This document shows positions 38,806-47,862 of a stretch of DNA of 64,000 nucleotides, piece after piece; position 1 is the first letter of the stretch, and every line of letters starts with the position of its first letter. The stretch lies in NCBI GenBank assembly GCA_965208325.1, contig OZ242326.1, forward strand, positions 4,032,001 through 4,096,000, given 5' to 3'. Under the pieces are notes generated by a model. That model saw only the letters and a list, made by a program, of their open reading frames with translations, did no database searches and had not been told where the DNA came from. The DNA comes from Candidatus Poribacteria bacterium. Its GTDB lineage: Bacteria > Poribacteria > WGA-4E > PCPOR2b. Both the position numbers and the translations under genes were made by a program.

Positions 38806-41475
38806 CTAGCCCGAATTGGGGCATAGCTCCATAATAGACATATGCTTTTTGGCGGGATCAAACCGCTCTAGGCTGGTAAAAGTTGTCACGGCGTTCGGGT
38901 AAAGTCTCTCTGCCATTGCCCGAAGTAGACGAGCATTTATCCAATCCACGGCAGACCCCTCATACTTGGCTGGCCCCTTGAATCCGCTTCGATAAAGCGG
39001 ACGCCCAGTTTTTTTGGACTGGCGCGGTGGAACATGGTGATAGTCCGAAATCTCTGTTACTAGTAGGTCGATAATCTCCAGTACGCCTTGTGGGTGAAGC
39101 AGTTCAAGCATCTGTAATGCACCCTCAATCGCGCGATTGGAAAGGTGTATCCATACATTATGCGGGTACTCAGCCAAAATTTCGTGCAGAACATTCCCTT
39201 GATCGGGAATTTCCGGTGTTTCAATGAAGCGAAGGTCGGCCAAAGCAGGGATGGCAACGTAGCGTTCCTCTAACTTGAAACCATTCCAGAGGTCCAACCA
39301 GAAATGATAGAATTGACGGCCGCCTTCCTCCGCACCAAGCTTATTCCTAAAATCCGACTGATAGTGAGTCAGAAACTCCTTCACTTCCGCATCAGGCGTT
39401 GAAAGTTGCCGGAGATCCGCTTCCAAACTTTGGCTATTGAGATTATACTTTTCCGCTAATTTCTTTAATATTTCTGCCGGCAGATAGAGGCGAGCATGAA
39501 TGAGATAGTGATGTCCGTCTATCTGTGCGACTTTATCCGTCGGAACGTTATCTGTGACGTTTGTCGAATGTATTCGCACAATGCGGCCCGCGAAGGGACT
39601 CAGTGCCTGCAAGGGAGCTTCAGCGTGTAGGGGCAGATACGTGAGTGGTATCTCGTTTCGCGCCGTTCCTAATTCGGCCTGTGCTTCTGACAGCACGGAA
39701 TCTGAAAAATCAGCCATAAGGTACGTCATCTGTTTCAACAGACTCTCAATTCCTTTCGAACGGGCGAGTTCAACCAACATGTCAATGAAGATGCGGGCGC
39801 GTTCGACGCTTGCAATACCAATCTCGACGTAGACGTACTCATCACCGGTATCGCCGATTGCTTGAAGTTGATTCAAGAATTTCTCAGCGGTGTAACGAGT
39901 CAACGCTTCATTCATATCCGGCGACCCGTGCACGGCGTCTCGATAGTCCCGATTATGCGCCGCCATGAAGGGAGTTTTATGCTGCCAGAACGCGTCATTG
40001 AATTTCCAGACGTGACTCTTAGTATAGGGAACATAATCGCCAATCACGACACCGTTGGCGCACTCCGTCTCTCCGCGTACGACCTGTTCCAACATCCTTG
40101 GAATTGACGTTGCTAATTCTTGTGTCGACGCGTGCTGCCGCAGATCGACCGCCAGTTCCCAATCTTTTGAGACGGAACTCTCCTCCGCCCCGTTCTTCAC
40201 AAAGGGTCGAAATGCGATGGGAGCTCGGAAATGGTGCTTATAAGCAATACGGTTCCAGTAAGTTCTAAAACGGGCGGGCCGCCATTTGGGCGGCAATTCG
40301 CCTAACGAATTTTTCAAGGCTTCCAAAGCATTGCGAAATTCCTCGACGTACCCTAGGTCAACGAGCCCAGGTTCGTGAACGACCGTAACACCCAGGTCTT
40401 GCAAACGGGGAATGAGTTGTTCAAGGTCTTCGCGAGCCCGATCCGCTGGCGCCAATTTCGCTGCCGCAAGAATCTTTTCAATGTCGCGGGAAGCCTGAAT
40501 TGGCATGAGATGTATCCCCGCGACGCCGGGAAGTTGACAAATTTTCTTTATGAGTTCGACAGTCCAATTCGAACGGAATGCGCGGAAAGCTTCTTTGCCG
40601 GCGGCTTCCGCTTCCTTGAATTGTTCGAGGAGTGCATGCGCCTCCGGATTTCGTTGGCTAATGCCGACCAGCAAGAACCAAAAGCGAAGCGCCTTTACAG
40701 AGGCGATTACTGGCAGTCCCACGACGATTGGAATCCGTTGCGCTAAACCGCGTTCAAAAACTAGATGCTGCCATTTTGAAAAAACGTCCCAGAGCAGGGG
40801 CGGCTGAGTTAGTATCGCTTCGGCGCCAGCGTCTAGTTTCTGCTGTAAGCGATCCACGCGCGCGATCACGGATTTGCCTGCAAAAGGGTTTTCCACCGCC
40901 CAAATCGACACATCGGACGGTAGTGTGCCGGCGCTGCGCATACCGTTGAGGAGCGAGAGTATCCTGAACGAGTTCATTGGTAGTAACCGAGACGCGCCGG
41001 GGATTTTTCGTATTGGGTGACCGCCCGACACGACTAGAACGCCCTTTGCTCCGTTACCGATTGCGCGGTTAACTCGATCTATCACTGTTTTACGCGTTCG
41101 GGCATTGGCAGCAATCGTGAAGATAGGTTCCGGCGTGTCTCCCAGCACTTCCAGATTATCCATTTTCCCAGTAAAGCGGGGAAAATCCACGACGGTAACC
41201 GCGTCGACCCATCCCTTCCGCACTAGGCGCTGATATCGCTTGAACTGCTTTTGGAAGTTTGGGTCCTCGAATTCTCTCGGCGTTTGAAGTTCCACCGTAA
41301 TTACGAACTGTCCTTCTTTGAAGCGGCGTGCTGCTGGAAGCGCCGTAACGTCAAGCGTCTCCGTTGAACAATTTTCACCATCGGCAGAGGGTGAATTCAT
41401 GTCAGTCTGCACAGATTGTTCTTCCTTATATTCCAAATAATCTAGTGAACTTGGCGTCACGCGCAATTCACTCAA
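38806..41475 (-). CDS. Fusion of a divergent methylenetetrahydrofolate reductase-like domain and a class I SAM methyltransferase-like domain
   Basis: N-half: FVITVELQTP, VDAVTV, KLDAGAEAILTQP, IPIVVGLP, GVAGIHLMP. C-half: YVYVEIGIAS, YLMADFS, STNVTDNVPTD. Confidence 0.7.
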   Translation of the reverse strand: MSELRVTPSSLDYLEYKEEQSVQTDMNSPSADGENCSTETLDVTALPAARRFKEGQFVITVELQTPREFEDPNFQKQFKRYQRLVRKGWVDAVTVVDFPRFTGKMDNLEVLGDTPEPIFTIAANARTRKTVIDRVNRAIGNGAKGVLVVSGGHPIRKIPGASRLLPMNSFRILSLLNGMRSAGTLPSDVSIWAVENPFAGKSVIARVDRLQQKLDAGAEAILTQPPLLWDVFSKWQHLVFERGLAQRIPIVVGLPVIASVKALRFWFLLVGISQRNPEAHALLEQFKEAEAAGKEAFRAFRSNWTVELIKKICQLPGVAGIHLMPIQASRDIEKILAAAKLAPADRAREDLEQLIPRLQDLGVTVVHEPGLVDLGYVEEFRNALEALKNSLGELPPKWRPARFRTYWNRIAYKHHFRAPIAFRPFVKNGAEESSVSKDWELAVDLRQHASTQELATSIPRMLEQVVRGETECANGVVIGDYVPYTKSHVWKFNDAFWQHKTPFMAAHNRDYRDAVHGSPDMNEALTRYTAEKFLNQLQAIGDTGDEYVYVEIGIASVERARIFIDMLVELARSKGIESLLKQMTYLMADFSDSVLSEAQAELGTARNEIPLTYLPLHAEAPLQALSPFAGRIVRIHSTNVTDNVPTDKVAQIDGHHYLIHARLYLPAEILKKLAEKYNLNSQSLEADLRQLSTPDAEVKEFLTHYQSDFRNKLGAEEGGRQFYHFWLDLWNGFKLEERYVAIPALADLRFIETPEIPDQGNVLHEILAEYPHNVWIHLSNRAIEGALQMLELLHPQGVLEIIDLLVTEISDYHHVPPRQSKKTGRPLYRSGFKGPAKYEGSAVDWINARLLRAMAERLYPNAVTTFTSLERFDPAKKHMSIMELCPNSG

Positions 41476-43066
41476 ACGTCCGGTAATTTAAAAATGTCTT
41501 TCCGTTTGCTTCGATTTTTACGTCTGAAAGGGTTTCTGTTCTCAGATGTATCCCGTCATCGTCTAAAAAGTAGAGTGTTACGTTATGCGATCCCGCAGGA
41601 AGTGACATTCGCACGAGAGATATCTGATTTGGAAGTGTCTCCCAAGAGCGGGTGTCTGCCCGCTCTGTAGCGACGTTGAATAAATTCACGAGGTTACCAA
41701 GTAAATCCCCTTTCTTGTCCGCGCGGCGAAAAGCCAAGTATTTCAAAATTGCGCGCACGACGGTTCGGATCAGAATCGTATTCTGCTCGGACGCGAATGT
41801 GGCGAGAGCGGCGCCTTCAACATCTTCGACTAGGACACTGTTCGCCTGGATGTACGATGCGCGCGGTTCGGGATTTGGGATTTCCGAATGTTGGCTATCT
41901 GCATCAATCCTATCACGGTGAGTAGGATCTGACAAAGATTCAAATTCTAAATTGACCTGCACCAATCGAGGGCGATTCGATGTGTAGACCGGAATTGCTA
42001 CTCGCAACAGATATTCGAGTTCTACTTTCTCGTAACGGAGGTTTCTACGCCGCGAGACTGTGTCCGCGAATTCCCAGAGTTCGTCTTCGTTTTCTTCGCG
42101 CCTCTTTTTTCCGCTGACGATTGGGTCAGTTTTTAAGATTGGGAAATAGAGGTTTTCCGTAGTTTTGTGCGGGACAAAGCCACTTTCGTAGATGAAGATG
42201 AGTTCACCAAAACCGGGCGGAGACGGAAGCGATTCTCCATATAGTTCTGTGTAACGATTCAAATCTTCAACGAATCCCAAAAGGCGTGCGAGCCGAACGA
42301 GTGCATGTCCGATGTCGTCTGGCGGTGAAACGCCAAGCTGTGCTGCGTAACGCTGATACCCTGCCTCCGCCCATTGATAGGCAATATATGCGTTGTTCCA
42401 GTCCTCGACCCATTCATAGAAGATTCCCGAGAGATAAGCGACGAATGCTGCACCGGCAAAATTGTAGGTTTCGTCTTCATCGGAGTAGTATTGGAGAAGT
42501 TGGCCCGCACGCCGACATTCGACCAAGGCATCGTCCGGAAGATTCAGATAGGCGTAGTTAAGGGCGCGGTAGTAGTGAATAAGCATCCTTTCGTAACGTG
42601 TACCTGGATACGGACGAATAGTATCTGAGGTCAGAAGGGATGCAATCTCCTTGGAGATACTTTTCGTGTAAAGATCTTCGGCGATAATCTCGGCGCGTTC
42701 AAATTCCTGATTGCTTTCCTCAAAGCGATTTGCATAGTGGGCAATGAGACCTCGTTCGAAAAGGTAGGGGAGGTTTCTTTTTTTCGAATCCTCTTTATCA
42801 AGATGTGTTAATGCGGTTTCAAATTCTCCTCGTTCAATTGCGAGGCGCACTTCGTGCATGCTGTAACCGCCGCATCCGATGAGGATTGGCAGAATAAGTG
42901 AAAAGCCCACTCTCCATATGGCAAATTGTCCGCAAAAGTGTATTGCCAACAGACGAAAGAGAGATGGCCTATTTTGGCGGGGATTATCCGGCGATTGCAG
43001 CGATGGAAGCAAAATACGGGTTCGTCGGCGTGAAGGAACTGTGTGGGGAAAAAATTGCGTCGGCAT
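41468..43066 (-). CDS. COG3014-type TPR lipoprotein
   Basis: Lipobox ILIGC, YPGTRYERMLIHYYRALNY, DDALVECRR and TERADTRSWETLP motifs; follows the lpoB-like gene. Confidence 0.8.
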   Translation of the reverse strand: MPTQFFPHTVPSRRRTRILLPSLQSPDNPRQNRPSLFRLLAIHFCGQFAIWRVGFSLILPILIGCGGYSMHEVRLAIERGEFETALTHLDKEDSKKRNLPYLFERGLIAHYANRFEESNQEFERAEIIAEDLYTKSISKEIASLLTSDTIRPYPGTRYERMLIHYYRALNYAYLNLPDDALVECRRAGQLLQYYSDEDETYNFAGAAFVAYLSGIFYEWVEDWNNAYIAYQWAEAGYQRYAAQLGVSPPDDIGHALVRLARLLGFVEDLNRYTELYGESLPSPPGFGELIFIYESGFVPHKTTENLYFPILKTDPIVSGKKRREENEDELWEFADTVSRRRNLRYEKVELEYLLRVAIPVYTSNRPRLVQVNLEFESLSDPTHRDRIDADSQHSEIPNPEPRASYIQANSVLVEDVEGAALATFASEQNTILIRTVVRAILKYLAFRRADKKGDLLGNLVNLFNVATERADTRSWETLPNQISLVRMSLPAGSHNVTLYFLDDDGIHLRTETLSDVKIEANGKTFLNYRTFE

Positions 43067-43069
43067 GCA

Positions 43070-43690
43070 CTAGAAGACAGCCTTCTTACGTTCGATAAGT
43101 TTCTTAATTTTCTTTTGCCCCAACCAAACCTTCTCATTTGATTCAATGTCTGTGAGGATTAAATCCACTTGGTAATAGGTGACCTGGGTACCACCTTCGC
43201 GATCTTGAATGGTGTTGATTTCGCCAGTCATCATATAGTCTGCGCCGTGTTCGCGCCGCATTCTCTTGATAGTTTCAGCACGTGCGAACTCACTCTGATC
43301 TTCTTTTTCCGCGCGAAGTTCCCCTCTTTCTTCTGCACTGGCGACGACGGTAACTCGGCCTGAATTGATGAAGGCACGTTCGATATCGTTCACAAATGTG
43401 TTAATTGCGATGTGTTCCATGCTCATATTACGAATCGCTCCAACAATGACGATGGGCTTCACGGCCTTGGATTGCGTCATGTGATTCGTGATCCACGGGT
43501 GATTTAGACAGTCCAAAATCATCGCCTCGGATACCTGACGAGAGTCCGTGTCGTTCCACCGTCCGGAAAGATCAACGGTGGTGTCTGTCTCAATGCGTTC
43601 TACAGTTTTATGGGCACTGCATCCAATAAACATGATTATTACAACAAGGAAATTAACCGTGTACAAATGATGTTTCGCTATGTTTTTCAT
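43070..43690 (-). CDS. lpoB: LpoB-like (penicillin-binding protein activator/CsgG-fold) lipoprotein
   Basis: Lipobox FIGC, DLSGRWNDTDS, GADYMMTGEI and YYQVDL.L.DIESNEKVW motifs. Confidence 0.75.
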   Translation of the reverse strand: MKNIAKHHLYTVNFLVVIIMFIGCSAHKTVERIETDTTVDLSGRWNDTDSRQVSEAMILDCLNHPWITNHMTQSKAVKPIVIVGAIRNMSMEHIAINTFVNDIERAFINSGRVTVVASAEERGELRAEKEDQSEFARAETIKRMRREHGADYMMTGEINTIQDREGGTQVTYYQVDLILTDIESNEKVWLGQKKIKKLIERKKAVF

Positions 43691-43783
43691 GATGTCTTCC
43701 TAAATTGTAGATGGGTTTATTCTAATTTTACGGTCGAAAGAACGGCTTCAACGATTGAAATTAATCAATTCATCTACATCAAA

Positions 43784-44647
43784 CTATTGGCGGATGAACT
43801 TCTGTAACCGTCCCTCTACCGCTACCTCGCCGACGTAAAGATCGCCATGGGAATCCATCCAAATGCCGTGCGGCGCGCCAAGGAATTCACCGGGAACCCG
43901 GCTTTTTTTCGCACCGCCCCAGTTAGTAATCTGTTTGCCGTCAAGTGTGTAGATACTAACTTGGCCTTCTGCTTCGGCAAGGTAAACGACATCGTCATTT
44001 GGGTCAAAATATACGGTGTCAGGGCGCCTCAAATCTGTCCACTCTGACAGGAAATGCCCGTCAGTATCGAAGATTTGGATTCGATTGTTCTCTCGGTCAC
44101 AAATCCAAACACGGTCGTGCTTGTCTATCCGCACACAATGGGATAGTTGGAACTGCCCTGGTCCGCTTCCCGATTCGCCCCAAGACATTAACAGGTCTCC
44201 GTCAGGCGAATACTTATGGACTCGTGAATTACCGTAGCCATCCGAAACGAACAGCTCGCCGGTTGAAGCAATTGCCAAATCCGTCGGAAGATTAAACGGG
44301 TCGCCATCCTTGGGTGCTGGTTGGCCGGGCACGCCGAGCGTCATCAACAGTTCTCCATCAGAATTAAGCTTACGTACGCAATGCGTGTTACGCTCGGTAC
44401 AGTAAACGTTGTCCTGGGCGTCAATGTATATACCGTGTGCATCCTCCAAGATGTCGTCACCCCACGACGCCAGGAAGTTTCCTTCGCGGTCAAAGATAAC
44501 TAACGGGTGTTCGCTGCGCGAGTAAACATAAACGCGATCCTGCGAATCACATGCGACCGCCGGAATCCAGCCCCATGTCCAACCTTCTGGCAACGTCCCC
44601 CAACCCTCTGCAACTTTGTATGTATAATCGCCTGAACCGAATGTCAT
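43784..44647 (-). CDS. NHL-repeat protein (peptidyl-alpha-hydroxyglycine amidating lyase-like)
   Basis: HGIYID, FNLPTDLA, SDGYGNSRVHK, CDRENNRIQIF and APHGIW repeats. Confidence 0.88.
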   Translation of the reverse strand: MTFGSGDYTYKVAEGWGTLPEGWTWGWIPAVACDSQDRVYVYSRSEHPLVIFDREGNFLASWGDDILEDAHGIYIDAQDNVYCTERNTHCVRKLNSDGELLMTLGVPGQPAPKDGDPFNLPTDLAIASTGELFVSDGYGNSRVHKYSPDGDLLMSWGESGSGPGQFQLSHCVRIDKHDRVWICDRENNRIQIFDTDGHFLSEWTDLRRPDTVYFDPNDDVVYLAEAEGQVSIYTLDGKQITNWGGAKKSRVPGEFLGAPHGIWMDSHGDLYVGEVAVEGRLQKFIRQ

Positions 44648-44750
44648 CAGTCTTTACCTCTTGAAAACATATAGCTCATGTAGTTGAACAAAAAGATGTT
44701 GTAATTTGATGCGTCATCACGAATGCGGGTCAGGATATCCTGCGTAATAT

Positions 44751-44776
44751 GGGCGTCGAGTCTGAACACGCCCTAC
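44751..44776. repeat. Single GTAG-type REP-like hairpin
   Basis: Minus strand GTAGGGCGT-GTTCAGACTCG-ACGCCC. Confidence 0.45.
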
Positions 44777-44855
44777 AATCCGCTATGACTCGCGAAACGA
44801 CATCCTCTAATGCATAAGCCCTGAATGAAAATGGGCGGGCAAAAACCTTCCAAGC

Positions 44856-45806
44856 TCATAATTCATTCACTGGAAAACGCGGCGCCCCACCTCTCAAGAC
44901 TGTTACTACGTCGTTTACGGCCGTGTCGCACATCCGGTCAATAGCCTCTTCCGTTTTGTATGCTGTCCAAGGTGTAGAGATTACGTTGTCCAGTTTTACG
45001 AGTGAGTCACCTGGCGGACAGGGCGCAGGATCGTGGACATCTATTGCCGCGCCTGCAATCTGCTTTTCCCTTAGTGCATTAATTAATGCGCTTTTATCCA
45101 CTACGTCCGGCCTACTAGTGTTTACCAGATATGCGTCCCTTTTCATCAACTTCAACCTTCGCTCGTCTATTAGTCCTTGCGTGTGCGCGTTGAGCGCGGT
45201 GTGCAGGGTAACAATGTCGGACTGAGCCATCAATTCATCCAGCGGGACGTATCGGATTTGCCAATCCTCTGCGAAGGCATGGTCATGATAAACGTCAAAC
45301 GCGAGAACGCTTGCACCAAATCCTCTTGCTTTTTTAATGACTTCCTGCCCTATTGCACCAGCGCCGATAACGCCTACGGTCATACTTGACAATTCCCTGC
45401 CTGCGAATTGCCTCCACTCTCCGTTTTTCATCTCCTGAGCCATAGCGGGAATGTTTCTTAATAGGCATAGGATGAGGCCGATAGTAAAATCTGAGACGGC
45501 ATGGCTTCCTGCACCTGGAGTTGTGGTAACCCAGACCGCATGCTTTGTCGCCGCTCTTAAGTCGACTTGGTCATAGCCTGCCCCTGTCCGTGCGATAATC
45601 TTCAGCTTGTCAGCCGCCTTAAATACCTTATCCGTATATCGTTCACTGCCAGCAATTACCGCGTCTATACCTCGTATTGTCCGGCAGAATTCATCTTCCG
45701 TTATATCACTCAGGGAGTCGTCAATTATTTCACAGTCATTCTTCTCCAAGCAAGTTCTGGCATCGTTGGTTAAATAATGCTGTGTATTGATTACGTTAAA
45801 TGGCAT
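44856..45806 (-). CDS. D-isomer-specific 2-hydroxyacid dehydrogenase (phosphoglycerate dehydrogenase-like, no ACT domain)
   Basis: RTGAGYDQVD, GVIGAGAIG, LVNTSR and AAIDV motifs. The catalytic His of the usual TPH motif reads TPW. ATG at 45806 is preferred because a promoter lies at 45870-45898. Confidence 0.85.
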   Translation of the reverse strand: MPFNVINTQHYLTNDARTCLEKNDCEIIDDSLSDITEDEFCRTIRGIDAVIAGSERYTDKVFKAADKLKIIARTGAGYDQVDLRAATKHAVWVTTTPGAGSHAVSDFTIGLILCLLRNIPAMAQEMKNGEWRQFAGRELSSMTVGVIGAGAIGQEVIKKARGFGASVLAFDVYHDHAFAEDWQIRYVPLDELMAQSDIVTLHTALNAHTQGLIDERRLKLMKRDAYLVNTSRPDVVDKSALINALREKQIAGAAIDVHDPAPCPPGDSLVKLDNVISTPWTAYKTEEAIDRMCDTAVNDVVTVLRGGAPRFPVNEL

Positions 45807-45864
45807 CAACTGAAACTCTTGATTTTCCTCTATTGTTAGTATTGTTGCGGTTACGTGAATACAG

Positions 45865-45898
45865 TTGACAGTATAGAGCATAATGGATACCATGTCAA
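45865..45898. promoter_or_regulatory. Overlapping divergent sigma-70 promoters
   Basis: Plus strand TTGACA(45865)-N17-TACCAT; minus strand TTGACA(45898)-N17-TATACT. Confidence 0.7.
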
Positions 45899-46042
45899 TA
45901 CAATTTTGGGTAATCAGATAAGATTTGAAAGTTTGGTAAAATTTGAAATTTGTAGTGTATAATAGATAATCTTCAATACGCAATCGGGTGAACAAAAACG
46001 GAATAGGGAAAGGTTCATTTCAATCCAATATGGAGGAAAGCG

Positions 46043-46807
46043 ATGACAGCCAGAAACGTGCTCATCACCGGCATGAGCGGGTTAATTGGAGGGGTAGTGT
46101 ACGAGCATTTAAACTCGGTAGGCAAGTATGCATTGAGTGCGCTCAACCGCCGCGATGTGCCGGGAATAAAATTATGGCGCGCAGATATCGCCGATTTAGA
46201 CGCAATCCGGCCAGCTTTTGAAGGGGTAGATGTGGTGGTGCATCTAGCAGCGATGGCACAAGGGGATGCGGCATGGGAAGAAGTGCTAGAACCGAATATC
46301 ATCGGAACTTACAATGTTTTCGAGGCGTCACGCCAAGCAGGTGTAAAACGCATCGTTTACGCTAGCAGCGGCTCAACCATAAGTCGGTGGGAATTGGATT
46401 ATCCGTACAGCGCTTTAGCCCAGGGGCGTTACGATGAAGCTCCCGAAACGTGGGAGAAAATAACGCACAAGTCGCCGGTACGCCCGGATGGACTTTATGG
46501 AGCAAGCAAGGTATGGGGGGAAGCATTAGCGCGGCATTTCTCGGACAATTGCGGTATTTCTACTATCTGTGTCCGCATCGGCGCGGTTACGGCTGAAAAC
46601 CGTCCGCGCCAGCCGCGCGAGTTTGCGGTCTGGTGCAGCCACCGCGACATTGCCCAGATGGTGGAGAAGTGTATTGAAGCGCCTGACAGCGTGCGGTTTG
46701 ACATCTTTTATGCGGTGTCAAACAACAAATGGGGTTACCGCGATTTTTCACACGCTAGCGAGGTCATCGGCTATGAACCACAGGATTCTGCAGAAACGCA
46801 TCGTTAG
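46043..46807 (+). CDS. NAD-dependent epimerase/dehydratase (uronate dehydrogenase-like SDR)
   Basis: ITGMSGLIG, VVHLAA, YASS, RPDGLYGASK and VSNN motifs. GGAGG RBS. Confidence 0.88.
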   Translation: MTARNVLITGMSGLIGGVVYEHLNSVGKYALSALNRRDVPGIKLWRADIADLDAIRPAFEGVDVVVHLAAMAQGDAAWEEVLEPNIIGTYNVFEASRQAGVKRIVYASSGSTISRWELDYPYSALAQGRYDEAPETWEKITHKSPVRPDGLYGASKVWGEALARHFSDNCGISTICVRIGAVTAENRPRQPREFAVWCSHRDIAQMVEKCIEAPDSVRFDIFYAVSNNKWGYRDFSHASEVIGYEPQDSAETHR

Positions 46808-46817
46808 CCCTAATTCA

Positions 46818-47822
46818 TCATTTTAATGCTTTGCCGTCTTTTATGCCGCAACCGGCCATTAGCACGCGTTGAACGGCCAGGTCGTGTGATAACGTGTAGT
46901 CAGGTTCCTTGACGCCTCGAATGCAGGCGGATAATTCGCGCAAAAGCGACGGAAGCTCCTTCGGCGGTTTGATAGAGAGTTGCTGCCACCCTGCCTGGTA
47001 ATCCTCAAAGGGATTTTCTAAACATAGACTGAGATTGCCTGATCCAATCTGTGCGTGGATGGCGGTGCCTTCTGTTCCGTAGACTTCGATTCGGCGCGTC
47101 CGATCCATCCCTACATGCATGGCTGCAGTGTCAATTGTGCCAAGGCCGTTCTCGAACTCATGTACCACGACGGCGTTGTCCACGTGAATTGGATTATCGC
47201 CGTAGTGTTTTCCCAGCACAGGATGGATATGCTTCGGTTCTCCCATCGCTGCGACCATTAGATCTACGAGATGGCCAGCCATCTCGAAATAGACAGCAGC
47301 GTGGTACATACCGAATTCCGATTCCAACTCTGGATGCCACGCCTTGGGCTTAGGTATATGTCCGCGATAGTAGAAAATTTCTCCCAACGCGCCAGATTTT
47401 GCCAACCGGATGATTTCATGGATGGCTGGGTTGTAGCGCCACATATACGCCATCTGAAGCATCAATCCCTCGCGCGCCGCGATTTTTTGAACACGCGTTA
47501 GGTGCTCCAAGTCCGCGCCCGCGGGTTTTTCTAACAATACATGTTTGCCCGCTTCCAATGCACGTTCCGCATAATCTAAATTCTGGTAAACATGCCCTTC
47601 AACAACTACGGCTTCGGCATCGCTATCCAAAACGGCTTGGAGGGAGGGAAAAACCGGGATAGCGGGTAGTAATTCAGACCACGCTTTCCTTTTTTGAAGG
47701 ACGTCTTCATCAGGCTCGAACATCCCGATTAACTGAAACTCGTTAGGGCGTTGAGCTGCCTCGCGGACGTGCATAACGGCGTGACTGTGCCAGACTCCCA
47801 AGAAGGCGAATTTTAGCGGCAT
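46818..47822 (-). CDS. Gfo/Idh/MocA family oxidoreductase
   Basis: AGKHVLLEKP, YMWRYNP, GHLVDL and IEVYGTEG motifs. Confidence 0.88.
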   Translation of the reverse strand: MPLKFAFLGVWHSHAVMHVREAAQRPNEFQLIGMFEPDEDVLQKRKAWSELLPAIPVFPSLQAVLDSDAEAVVVEGHVYQNLDYAERALEAGKHVLLEKPAGADLEHLTRVQKIAAREGLMLQMAYMWRYNPAIHEIIRLAKSGALGEIFYYRGHIPKPKAWHPELESEFGMYHAAVYFEMAGHLVDLMVAAMGEPKHIHPVLGKHYGDNPIHVDNAVVVHEFENGLGTIDTAAMHVGMDRTRRIEVYGTEGTAIHAQIGSGNLSLCLENPFEDYQAGWQQLSIKPPKELPSLLRELSACIRGVKEPDYTLSHDLAVQRVLMAGCGIKDGKALK

Positions 47823-47862
47823 CCTTGCCTCGATATTTAGGAATAGAAGTAAGCGAGAATCT

